Below are positions 28,552-39,100 of a stretch of 64,000 nucleotides of DNA, one piece after another. Every line of letters starts with the position of its first letter. Positions within the stretch are counted from its first letter, which is position 1. A program made the position numbers and the translations under genes. The notes beneath the pieces were generated by a model. It did no database searches. It saw only the letters and a program-made list of their open reading frames with translations, and was not told where the DNA came from. The stretch comes from a virus (lineage: Duplodnaviria > Caudoviricetes): positions 1-64,000 of the IMG/VR virus record IMGVR_UViG_2811995254_000001; one strand, given 5' to 3'.

Positions 28552-29004
28552 TTATTTTTTTGAGTTTTTCAATTCCTCGATTAACTCTTTATTATCATTA
28601 AAGAATTTTATTAGTTCTGCTGGATTATGCTTTAGAGCATATCGAAACTTTTCATTAGATTTTTCCTTAACAGATTTCCATTCCGTATAAACTAATACAA
28701 TAGCCCCGAAGATAGACAGTAAAGGCAAAGTAATAATTTCAAAGTAAGCGAACATTGGATTCAACACATCTAAGAACAACATAAATAACATAAAGGCTAA
28801 ATACTCTACAACTTTTTTAGAAGTCATTCTAAGACCATAAGAATGAGTATAAACACCTTGTTCTTTTGATTTTCTAATTCCAAAATACAAGTCAACACCA
28901 ATTGAAAATAAAACAATTAACCATGCAGTGAAAACCAGTATTAATTGAATAAAGATTGAATCAAAATCTTTCGCTAGTAAGTAATGTATCATATCGAATA
29001 GCAT
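28552..29004 (-). CDS. Holin
   Basis: Three TM helices, DLYFGIRKS...SYGLRMT..K; upstream of endolysin. Confidence 0.8.
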   Translation of the reverse strand: MLFDMIHYLLAKDFDSIFIQLILVFTAWLIVLFSIGVDLYFGIRKSKEQGVYTHSYGLRMTSKKVVEYLAFMLFMLFLDVLNPMFAYFEIITLPLLSIFGAIVLVYTEWKSVKEKSNEKFRYALKHNPAELIKFFNDNKELIEELKNSKK

Positions 29005-29013
29005 ATTGTTTGA

Positions 29014-29312
29014 TTATTCCATGTTTTGAAATTCCCCAGTCATCGGATTGATATTTACTCTACCGTATGTTTGTGTAAACTCGTTTATTAGCTTTTGCCT
29101 TTCAAAAAGAACTTCTGAATTGGAGCCATCTAAAACGTTTTTTGCTTGTTTCAGTTCGAACTCACGTTGATATAATTCCGCGGCTTGTTGGTTGATTTGT
29201 TCCAACTTCTGATTAGATTCTTGCAGCTTTGCCAAATGTAATGGAGAGATCTTGTTTACTGTTTCTTCAACTTTATCCTCTACTGATGTTTGTGTTTGTT
29301 TTTCTTTGTTCA
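29014..29312 (-). CDS. Coiled-coil protein
   Basis: Ends YGRVNINPMTGEF; start MNKEKQ preferred (approximate). Confidence 0.65.
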
Positions 29313-29329
29313 TTTTTTCTATTTTTAAA

Positions 29330-30256
29330 TTAAAGATTGTTTTTTCTAAATATTCCTGTATCAATTACGCCGTAGTACACGTCTAAAATTGGAGGATTGT
29401 TTTCATCATACATTGTCATATCTACCCAAACTTTGTTCTCTTTGAAAGCGTGAATAGGTATTTTTTGTCCTACTGATATTAGAGTGTCAAAATATTTTAT
29501 GCAATTAGTTCCTCGAATATTTTCAACATATACTTTGTAAGGGGATTTGTCTCCTGAAAATAACTGTGTGAAATAATCATGAGCTTCTGTATCTTGTGAA
29601 TATCCATGAAAATCTAAATTTGTACTTCTAGTATTCCATCCCATATTTTCTAATAACTTACTATGGGAAATGTATCTTCTCACTCCAGATTCATTGAGAT
29701 TAATCAAATTGATTGCATTGAAATTAACTAGCGGAACATTTACAGGAATGTATGATAGCTTTCTTGTAAAGTAAATTTTGATTCTCTTTCTAGTATCTTC
29801 TGTATAATTTACTCCATCATCTGAGTATGTGAAATCAATACTTGATTCAAGAACATGGTTGTCTTGAAACCCGCTGCCATATGAATTTTGAAATGTATAA
29901 TTGAAGTTTTCAAAATCACTTTTTGTAATTATAGTTCCAATATTCACATCCCCAATTAGAGTGCCATTTAGTGAGTATTTTCTTAAGTTCCCATTTCCTA
30001 TACTTGCTAGTTTTACACTATGAAATTCCCTTCCTGCGTTTGCCTTATAGGGTGGATAGGTGTCTGTTGTAAGGTCATTGTAACCTAAGCGGTATCCTTG
30101 TCTTCTATCAACAATAGCATCCTGAATACCTTCAATACTAGGCAATTCATTAATATTGTTTTTGAAGGCGTCCCAACAATAAATAATTGAGTTATCACCA
30201 ACTCTGAGTGAACTACTTTCCTCTTGTCTTACTGCTATTAATCTAATCTCTGCCAT
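29330..30256 (-). CDS. Putative tail-associated protein
   Basis: Start MAEIRL; shares the T.PPY motif with 30258-31055. Confidence 0.65.
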   Translation of the reverse strand: MAEIRLIAVRQEESSSLRVGDNSIIYCWDAFKNNINELPSIEGIQDAIVDRRQGYRLGYNDLTTDTYPPYKANAGREFHSVKLASIGNGNLRKYSLNGTLIGDVNIGTIITKSDFENFNYTFQNSYGSGFQDNHVLESSIDFTYSDDGVNYTEDTRKRIKIYFTRKLSYIPVNVPLVNFNAINLINLNESGVRRYISHSKLLENMGWNTRSTNLDFHGYSQDTEAHDYFTQLFSGDKSPYKVYVENIRGTNCIKYFDTLISVGQKIPIHAFKENKVWVDMTMYDENNPPILDVYYGVIDTGIFRKNNL

Positions 30257-30257
30257 A

Positions 30258-31055
30258 TTATAAACCTGAATATTGACCACTTCCAACGTCTGCGACATCG
30301 AATTTGATAGTTGTTACAACACCTTCTGCTGTCCCTGGAGGGTAGAAAGCTTTTATCTCTCCAGATTCTAAATTAGTCGCGAAAAACTCTTGCCCATTTA
30401 TAACTCTAATCCCGTTGAATGTTACAATCGCATCACCTTGAATGTTTGGTATTATTATTTTTAAGGGCGCATCACCTTCAGGATCTCCATAAGGTGGTGT
30501 TGTATCCACGGTGAATACGTTTATGTTCAACGGTACAAGCATTCCAATTGGGCAGTCTATGGTATTATTTCCGATAGAATTCGGTGGTTGATTTACAGCT
30601 GATACAACATTGATAAATAACTTTGCCGATTCGTTAATGTAGCCCGAAATTGTATTAGCTATGCTATTAAATGCTGATGCGGTGTATTCCACGTAGTCAG
30701 TACCAATTGAATTGCCTTTTACTTTAAATAAGGACGCATCAAGAATTTCTTTATCTATAACTCCATTTTGTACTTCGTCACTAACATATCTAAGGATTTG
30801 ATTATTATTCGTTAATGTTGCTATTGTTGCGGTACCTGAAGGACGTAAAATGTTATTTACTTCTATTCCTGGTGCAAGTATTTTGATTCCAGCAATAGGA
30901 CGATCAAATTCATGATGATAACTTGGAGTAGAATTAGTTAATTCTGCCCTAGTTATACTTACTGTTTGTCCAACAACAACGCGAATTCTTACATCTCCAA
31001 TTCGTTCTGGTGGGATGTTACTATTAGTTGCAATTATTTTTACTTCTGCTGACAT
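30258..31055 (-). CDS. Putative tail-associated Ig/cadherin-like protein
   Basis: VNQPP...TTPPYGDPEGD; internally duplicated domain. Confidence 0.65.
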   Translation of the reverse strand: MSAEVKIIATNSNIPPERIGDVRIRVVVGQTVSITRAELTNSTPSYHHEFDRPIAGIKILAPGIEVNNILRPSGTATIATLTNNNQILRYVSDEVQNGVIDKEILDASLFKVKGNSIGTDYVEYTASAFNSIANTISGYINESAKLFINVVSAVNQPPNSIGNNTIDCPIGMLVPLNINVFTVDTTPPYGDPEGDAPLKIIIPNIQGDAIVTFNGIRVINGQEFFATNLESGEIKAFYPPGTAEGVVTTIKFDVADVGSGQYSGL

Positions 31056-31058
31056 AAT

Positions 31059-34000
31059 TTATCTTTTAAACATCCATGGATTAAAGTAAGCAACTTCAGA
31101 ATTGATGGAATATCCAAATACTCTTTCTGTGAAACTTGTAGAACTACCTGCCATCAATGTACCTTTGTTGATGCTGTGAAACATATTCCCATTTTTAATA
31201 TCACCAACTAAGTTTTGTAATTCAACAGACATCTTGCCAAGATAATATCCTCTAAGTAATACAGATTTCATATCAGATAATGCAATTCCTAAAACTGCAC
31301 TATTAGAAAGATTTCCTTGTTCAGCATTTGCACTGTTATTCCATTTTCTCCAGATGCCATCATTACCTAAATAAACTAGTGTAGGTTTATCAACATTAGA
31401 GAATTTCTGATCGGCTAATATTTCACCCGTACCCTCATAAGGAGAATCTCCTAAATGCTCGTTAGCTTTTGATTCAAGAAAAACACTTATTTGAGATCCA
31501 TAATTTGAAACCCAATCTTCTGAACCATTACCATCTCCACCGCCAATATTATCTTGAATGAATTTCCAGTTTGGAATATCTAAGTCGTTAAGACTACTAG
31601 GTTGTGTTTTATATGATTGAACGTTTGCAAATTCTCCTTTACCATCTGAAAACATCGCATACGCATTGCTACGTATAGAAGCTGACTTTCCATTTCCAAT
31701 AATGAATAGTGGTGAATAATTATTGATTGTATTGGTAGTAGCATTTTGAATAGGATGATTATAGCGACCAGTTACAGTACATCCTCTTTGGTTATTTTGT
31801 AAAAAAGGACCAGTTACAACTCCTTCCATTGCTGTATTTACAGAATAAGGACCTACTACTGTACCATAAGTTCCAAGATTAACGCTTAATGGACCTACAA
31901 CTATACCGTCATTCCCATCTGAATTAGAAGATGTACCTAATGCGATTGCATTCAGCTTAGTCGCTCCACTACTACGACCAAATGCAATTGAGCCATCTCT
32001 AGTGGCTAATGAATCATAGTTAGTGACTCTAATTCCACCACCTGATGTATGTTCCCAAATCGAATCAGCTCCTTGTGCGATCTTTGATATAACATAATCA
32101 GCTATATCTTTTGTTTTCCATACTCTATTAGAAGTATCGGTTCCAGTATTAAGTAATGCTAATGTTCCAGCTGAATATGTTGTATCGGTAGGTAGTGTTT
32201 GTGTTGATAATGTTCCGCTAGAATTAGCAACAACCATTCTGTTTCCAGTACCTGCTAAATTTGTTATTTGAAATTGGTCACCATTACCGGCAAAACCAAA
32301 GAACCCATCCTGACCATTTTCAGTCCTATCATTTAAAAATCGGTATATACCAAAAGCCGACATACTACCGGAAGTAGAACTACCTACACCACCTAATACA
32401 TAAGTTGTATTATTTGCAGTCCAGTTTTGTCTTACTACGCCAGATGCAACATTAGAGTTTGATATTACATTGTTATATAAACTATGACCATCTCTTATTG
32501 ATAATATATTACCTATTTGAGCACTAATTCTTACAGCTCCATTAACATCTAGAATTTCTTGTGGTGACGTAGAAGCCCCTAAACCTATACCAACTTTACC
32601 ATCAGATGTCCATCTAATAGCATTAACACTATTCCAATTTGTTCCTCCTATATAACCATATGTTAACGAACCATTGTTTCCATAATGTCCAATAATATCA
32701 ATAACGTTATCATTATGTTTGGTTCTATGCATGGTTCTAGCCCAAGCACCACTAATTGTAACCATATCTCTTTCTAATAGAGCATAGGTATCAGTTTTCA
32801 TTATTAATCCCGTAGAAGCTGAAGAAATTAAAGGACCTGTCATAGTATCTCCAATTTTCTTAACATAATCATTAGGATTAACATCTGCCTCTGTTAATAA
32901 TTTTATCCATGTTGGGGTACTTCCAACTGTCACCAATCTGTTTGATATCCAAGCTTCTCCACCGTGAACTCGTATTAAGTTTGTTCTCGCTGTTTCCCCT
33001 GAACCATCATAAGGCATTGATAAAATACTCCCTCTATGATTAGCATCTGTTGAATATCTAAACAATCTACCTAATTGAATATCTGCAGAAGTTATGTCTG
33101 TAAAAGGAACAGCTATTCTGCCAATACCATATTGGTGATAGTCTTCCATATTACCTGTATGCCATAACTCATGCCATTTATTATAAGTTGCTGCCTTAGT
33201 TCTAAACGCTAATCTACCACCTACGCCGCCTGAATTATGCCCATTTTCATAATGAAACTGAATATTTAAATTATCAGAGTGTGATGCAAATTCAATTAAA
33301 CCACCATATCCAGAGAAGGCTCCATTTTGCAACCAACCACTGGTATTATAGTTTGAAATATAACCTCCAGTATTATTAAAATATGTATCCGCATCTCCTA
33401 ATGCAGACTTTGCTTTAATATAAGAATTATACCAATACCCCTTAGATTCAACCCATGATTGATAAGCAATCTCTTCCCAATCAGTCCATGTTGAAGTACC
33501 TGTTTTTGTTCTAATACCAAACCCACTATTTCTAGTTGGTGATTTTCTTAATTGCCAATTGAATGTTGAGTTAGTTCCAAAATTCAAATGGTGATAGTAG
33601 TCTAATGAACCTACTGTATTATTCTGTGTGTAGAAAGCAATATTACCTTTAGCATCATCTGCGTTAACTGATGATTTCTGAGCATAATATTTCCCAAGAA
33701 TTGTATCTGTAGAGGTAGGCAATAAAGCAAAAGCATAATCATATTTTTGTTCCACAACCCAATCTTTAGTTGCAGGATTTACTAAATTACTACTATGCCA
33801 AAAAGAGCTCCAGTTTCGATAAGTACCCGCTTCTAAACTTCTAAACCAGATGTTCATGTTTCTAGCAGCTATTTGAAAACCATAATCAGCTAAACCAGAT
33901 AGTGTGATGATTGTAGAGTTTATATTAGAAGGTCTATTGTCCCCAGTGGCATAAATAACAGAATCACGCTGTAAGTCTACATCAGCACCTACTGATTTAC

Positions 34001-34448
34001 TTATAAAGGTTCTATTATCTCCTAAGTTTAAATATTTTCCTAGATGATTACCCCAACCAAAGGACGTGTCCCAATTTGATATTCTAGGATCGTCAGAAAA
34101 TAAAACTGTTGCATCTGTCAAATCTGTTTTTACTATTCTCCTAAAAGCAGGTGTACCATTCATCGCTGTAGGTGCCAGGAATGCTGTGCCTTGTAATTGG
34201 TTTTTTAAGGATACAACTAAACTACGGTTATTGTAATCTAAGCTTTCAGTATTTAGATTAAAGATAGAAGGAAATGCAACTGATAAACCAGGGATATACG
34301 ACTCCTTACTTGCTGTACTAATTGTACCAAGTTCACGTTTATACAAATTGCCCTCAGTTTGGACAATAGCAGAAAGACTACTATTTGAAATTGGCAGATT
34401 CTCAATAGTAGCAGTACCTTCTATTACTACATTATTGCCTATTTTCAT
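31059..34448 (-). CDS. Tail fibre / receptor-binding protein
   Basis: Repeated W..W knob-end motifs, GKVGIG...LDVNG, YadA-head-like SIAFG/AIALG repeats. Confidence 0.85.
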   Translation of the reverse strand: MKIGNNVVIEGTATIENLPISNSSLSAIVQTEGNLYKRELGTISTASKESYIPGLSVAFPSIFNLNTESLDYNNRSLVVSLKNQLQGTAFLAPTAMNGTPAFRRIVKTDLTDATVLFSDDPRISNWDTSFGWGNHLGKYLNLGDNRTFISKSVGADVDLQRDSVIYATGDNRPSNINSTIITLSGLADYGFQIAARNMNIWFRSLEAGTYRNWSSFWHSSNLVNPATKDWVVEQKYDYAFALLPTSTDTILGKYYAQKSSVNADDAKGNIAFYTQNNTVGSLDYYHHLNFGTNSTFNWQLRKSPTRNSGFGIRTKTGTSTWTDWEEIAYQSWVESKGYWYNSYIKAKSALGDADTYFNNTGGYISNYNTSGWLQNGAFSGYGGLIEFASHSDNLNIQFHYENGHNSGGVGGRLAFRTKAATYNKWHELWHTGNMEDYHQYGIGRIAVPFTDITSADIQLGRLFRYSTDANHRGSILSMPYDGSGETARTNLIRVHGGEAWISNRLVTVGSTPTWIKLLTEADVNPNDYVKKIGDTMTGPLISSASTGLIMKTDTYALLERDMVTISGAWARTMHRTKHNDNVIDIIGHYGNNGSLTYGYIGGTNWNSVNAIRWTSDGKVGIGLGASTSPQEILDVNGAVRISAQIGNILSIRDGHSLYNNVISNSNVASGVVRQNWTANNTTYVLGGVGSSTSGSMSAFGIYRFLNDRTENGQDGFFGFAGNGDQFQITNLAGTGNRMVVANSSGTLSTQTLPTDTTYSAGTLALLNTGTDTSNRVWKTKDIADYVISKIAQGADSIWEHTSGGGIRVTNYDSLATRDGSIAFGRSSGATKLNAIALGTSSNSDGNDGIVVGPLSVNLGTYGTVVGPYSVNTAMEGVVTGPFLQNNQRGCTVTGRYNHPIQNATTNTINNYSPLFIIGNGKSASIRSNAYAMFSDGKGEFANVQSYKTQPSSLNDLDIPNWKFIQDNIGGGDGNGSEDWVSNYGSQISVFLESKANEHLGDSPYEGTGEILADQKFSNVDKPTLVYLGNDGIWRKWNNSANAEQGNLSNSAVLGIALSDMKSVLLRGYYLGKMSVELQNLVGDIKNGNMFHSINKGTLMAGSSTSFTERVFGYSINSEVAYFNPWMFKR

Positions 34449-34451
34449 CTA

Positions 34452-35654
34452 TTAACCTTTTGGAATGATTACTACTTTAATTTTATTTAAACCTGGTGGT
34501 CTTCCAAGCGACACCAAAATTTGAGTATTACTAATAATTTGATAATCTACTAGGTATTTTATCTTAGAAGGCATTTCGAAAAAATCTGCAATCAAATCTT
34601 CTGTATTCAAACCATGTTCAATTGTGAATTTACTATTAGTAGCATCACCAAATAAAGCTGAATATCCTTTATTTGAAGCAGCATCCACAACAGCCTTAAC
34701 CTTAGCAGGTGTCATAATTGTTGTGTTGTCTGTGCCTTCTAAAGCTTCTGCGTTTGTAGCTATTTTAGCAAGACCTGTACGAGATTCAGTAGCTGTTCTA
34801 GCAGATAATCCAGCTGGAGTAATTGCTTTAGTGTTGTTTGTTCCTGTTTGAACTTCGGCATTTGTTGCTAGCATAACCATTCCTAGAATAGTAGCAGTCG
34901 CTTGGTCCGCATTAGTCTGCAAGAAAATATAATCATTCGCATTAGTATTGCTAGGATTATCCTTATTTGCAATAATTACATCCCCCACTTGAAAAGGAAC
35001 TCCTTGGATTGAACCTGCAACAGTTACATACCAAAAATCTGCTTTCTTTGTATTAGTGCCCCCAGGAAAGTTTGTATTGGCAGCCGCATCATAACCACCT
35101 ACTAATTTACCTAATCCCGCTACTGCAGAATCAACATAAGCCTTTACAGCTCCACTTGTTACAAGTGAAGTTCCATTTGCCCCTGATAAGTCATTTGCAT
35201 TAATAATTGGAATAGCTGAGGATACACCTGTACCTGCAGCAGTTCGACCAATAACAGTCATTGTAGGAATATCATTAATCTTAGCGAATGTGATATTCTT
35301 ATCAGTCACCTTAACTGTTGTTACTGAATTCGAAGCTAATTTTGCAGTAGTAACACCTGCATCTTTTATTCGTACAACACCTGCTCCAATTTCGATTGTG
35401 GCATTATCAAGATTTAAATTTATTGTTGCTATTCCATCTGCCTGTGCAACATTTAAACCTCCATCTGTATTCTCTACTTTATCTAAAGAACCTAACTTAA
35501 CCCATCTTGTGCCATTCCAAAACAAAATAGCTTTATCTGTTGTGTTAGTATATATCTGACCTTCAACAGGGCTAGCTGGCGGTTGAGGGCGAGGATCTAA
35601 CGGTATATTGATTACCGCATTTTGATCAGCATTTAAAGTGTTTCCTATTATCAT
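34452..35654 (-). CDS. Tail fibre protein
   Basis: LATNAEVQTGT...ITPA repeats; HGLNTED C-terminus. Confidence 0.8.
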   Translation of the reverse strand: MIIGNTLNADQNAVINIPLDPRPQPPASPVEGQIYTNTTDKAILFWNGTRWVKLGSLDKVENTDGGLNVAQADGIATINLNLDNATIEIGAGVVRIKDAGVTTAKLASNSVTTVKVTDKNITFAKINDIPTMTVIGRTAAGTGVSSAIPIINANDLSGANGTSLVTSGAVKAYVDSAVAGLGKLVGGYDAAANTNFPGGTNTKKADFWYVTVAGSIQGVPFQVGDVIIANKDNPSNTNANDYIFLQTNADQATATILGMVMLATNAEVQTGTNNTKAITPAGLSARTATESRTGLAKIATNAEALEGTDNTTIMTPAKVKAVVDAASNKGYSALFGDATNSKFTIEHGLNTEDLIADFFEMPSKIKYLVDYQIISNTQILVSLGRPPGLNKIKVVIIPKG

Positions 35655-35656
35655 TC

Positions 35657-36088
35657 TTACTTGATTAATACAATTCCAGTTTGGGGCTTTCCAAAAATGA
35701 CAATGATTGTATTTAAATCTTCTTCGTAATGTATAGTAGTTAAAATCTTTTCTGTTCCAATTATTATTGTTGGTTCTACATATCTGCCTAGGTTGTGAGG
35801 AATAACAACTTCAGATAAATTACTGAATTGGTAAGTTTTGCCTGCAATATCCTTTGCTGTAGCGAACTTGTCAACTCCATTTTCACCATCATTAATTAAA
35901 TCAGATGTTTTTTTGGGTACCTCAAAATCTATTTCAACCTCCTTTTTAATTACTTCAGTTAAACTCTTAACTGAAAAGGTTTTGGTTTGAAGCACTTTTT
36001 TATTAGCGGAATCAGTACCTATAAGGTAATCTTCAAGAGTTACATTGTAATCTTCAGGGTAGACCTCTTTATTACTAATTTTTGCCAT
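35657..36088 (-). CDS. Tail-associated protein
   Basis: DYLIGTDS...TKTF; IPHNLGRY. Confidence 0.7.
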   Translation of the reverse strand: MAKISNKEVYPEDYNVTLEDYLIGTDSANKKVLQTKTFSVKSLTEVIKKEVEIDFEVPKKTSDLINDGENGVDKFATAKDIAGKTYQFSNLSEVVIPHNLGRYVEPTIIIGTEKILTTIHYEEDLNTIIVIFGKPQTGIVLIK

Positions 36089-36184
36089 TATAAATAAAAT
36101 CTATTATAAAATCAAAGATAATAAGTTTTATCTATTATTTGTATATTTGTTATATAAAAACTGCTGATTATAAAACTTTTAATT

Positions 36185-39100
36185 ATGCCAAACATCAGAA
36201 GAACATTTGTAAAAGGAGTAATGAATAAGGATGTTGATGAACGTCTTTTAGATGATGGTTACTACCGACATGCTGAAAATATTATAATAAATACATCTGA
36301 AGGAAGTGATGTTGGTGCAATTGAAAAGTGTTTGTCCAACAAGCAACTCATAAATTTTTCAGGTTTGTTTAGCCTTGGAAGTAATATAGAAACAGTTGGT
36401 TCATACAGTGATGAAGCTAAAAACAAACTTTATTGGTGGGTAATTTCTAGTAAAGGTTGTTACCTTTTCGGGTACGATTTTAATACAAAAACTATTGAAG
36501 GAATACTACTTGATTCTAGGCCTTTATCAACAAGAGTGCTTAAGTTAAAAAGGAATACCAAAATCACAGGGATAGCTAAGATTATTTCAGAGGATGATTC
36601 AAAAGACATGTTGTTGTGGACAGACAATAATATGGAAATTTGCTGTATTAATATTCAGCGCGCAAAGTCATATTACGCAAATGAATTTCAAAAGGAAGAT
36701 ATTTATTTAATCAAGAAACCGCCAACTAAAGCACCAAGAATACAAAAAACATTTGATAGACTTTCTTCTAATAATATAGAAGAAAAATTCATCTCTTTTT
36801 CCTATCGTTATAAATATCTTGATGGAGAATTTTCTGCTATGGCCCCGTTTACTGAATACGCTTTTGAACCAAAAGAATTGGAAATCGATTTTTCTACTCA
36901 AGATAACTTGAGTATGATCAATAAGTTTAATTCGGTAAAGGTTTTTTTTAATACTGGAGATAAACGTGTAAAAGAAATCCAGGTTCTTGCAAAAGAATCA
37001 AATTCTAACAATGTTTATATTGTTGAAACTTTCAATAAGAAAAAAGAAAGTATTGGTCATAATCAAGAGAAAAGTTTGAGTTATTCAAATAATAAACTTT
37101 ACAAGGTTTTGTCTGAAAAAGATTTTTTCAAGCAGTATGATAATGTACCAAGAAAAGCAAAAGCCCTTGATGTTATTGGTAATCGTGTCGTATTAGGCAA
37201 CTACACAGAAGGTTATGATTTAAAGGATAACCAAAAAAAAGATATTAATATTGATTTTAGATTAAGTAGTACTTCATCAGAAATTGATAAAGGCTTAATA
37301 ACTTCCGTTAATTCAGGAAGACAGCAATTGAAGTTAAACAACAGACTAAATCTATATAAAAAAGGGTATGGAATTAAAGTCTTTTTAGACGTTTTGAATG
37401 ATTATTATTCTGAAAGTAATCCGAATTATGGAGCTACCTTAATTTCAGAAACATTTTTATTTACATTATATAAAGATTTCTCTAGTCTAAATGAAATATA
37501 TAATGACAATGCTTTTTCTGATTTTACTAACAGTATTAATTATTATATAGAAGCAAATATTGCCAATTGGAAACTAAATCCAACTGATACTATAAATGAG
37601 TATCCAAAAGTAAGTTTTCGATTTTTAGGCAATGATTTGTTGTTAAATATTAGCCATGGATTGCTTACACAAGGACCAGCAGGAGGAGGCCAATTATGGA
37701 CTAAGTTTTCCGATGAAGCCTATTTTTCAGTTGTTGAGGCTGGGAAAGGACAATCCTTAAAATCAAATCGAGATTATGAAGCAGCAATTGTCTATGCTGA
37801 TGAATTTGGGAGATGTTCAACTGCTATAACTTCTTTAGAAAATTCGATTTATATTGATCCAAGCAAATCAGCATCAATTAATAAGTTGCAGATAGAGATA
37901 AAAAACAAAGCCCCTTATTGGGCAACCTCTTATAGATTTGCTATCAAATCGGCTCCCTTAAATTATTCAAATATAATTGTAAGTAGGTTTTATGTTGAGG
38001 ATGATTTTGTATGGTGTAAACTAGAAGGAAGCTCTAAGGATAAAGTCAATGAAGGGGATATTCTTATTCTAAAAAAAGACACTTATGCTGAAGCAACCAA
38101 ACTTACAACTATCCCTATCCTTGAAAAAAAGAATCAGCCCAAAGATTTTATTCAAGGAAATAAAGATGCTAGTGGAAATGATATCATAGAAGAAGCAGGT
38201 ACATACATTCGGATAAAAGCAGAAGGTTTCGTAATGAATGAGAATAACTATAAAATATATCAAGATTCAAAAAGTGACACACGAAAAACAAGAGGTAGAT
38301 TTCCTGATGTAACATTAGTTTTGCCAATTGAAGGTAGGTGGGTGGATTTAGAGTTGACAGAAGGATCAAGTGTTTATTTATGGATGTATTCTAGAAATCA
38401 TTTAGACGCAGGATGGCAGGAAAATACATTTGAAAAGGAATGGTTAATCAATAAAGAGAATTACAACCTTCAAAAATGGTATGAAGAGTATATCCACGAA
38501 AAAGATTTGTGGGGAACTTCAGGAAATGATATTCAAAACTATAGAAGAAAAGTAAAAAAGGTAGATTCAAACGGTAAAGATGGACTTTATATTGATGGAA
38601 CTCATAGTGCTTCATCTGGTGGAAGAAGAGGATATTTAGATGCGAAAATGGTAGTTAGGACAAATACTGGGTATTACATTTTTGAAACAGAAGAAAAAAA
38701 GAATTTAGATACTGGTATTTTCTATAAGACATCCCAATCATTTGATATTGTAAATGGATTACACCAAGGAAATATTTCTAATCAAACAACGACATCAGCT
38801 GCTAAAATTGAATTAGATTTCTTTAACTGTTTTGCTTTTGGAAACGGATTAGAATCATATCAAATAAAAGATAAGTTCAATGCGAATGCTTTGAATATTG
38901 ATTTGCAACCAACTTCAACAAGTGAAGAGGATTATTCGGAAGTTACAAGGTATTCAGATTTAACTTATTCCGAATCATTTATAGAATCTACTGGATTCAA
39001 TGGGATTAGTTCCTTTAATCAAACCTTAATCAATTGGAAGGAATTAGATAAAGGGAATGGACCCATTCAAAAGATAGTTGCAAGAGAAGGTAATTTACTT

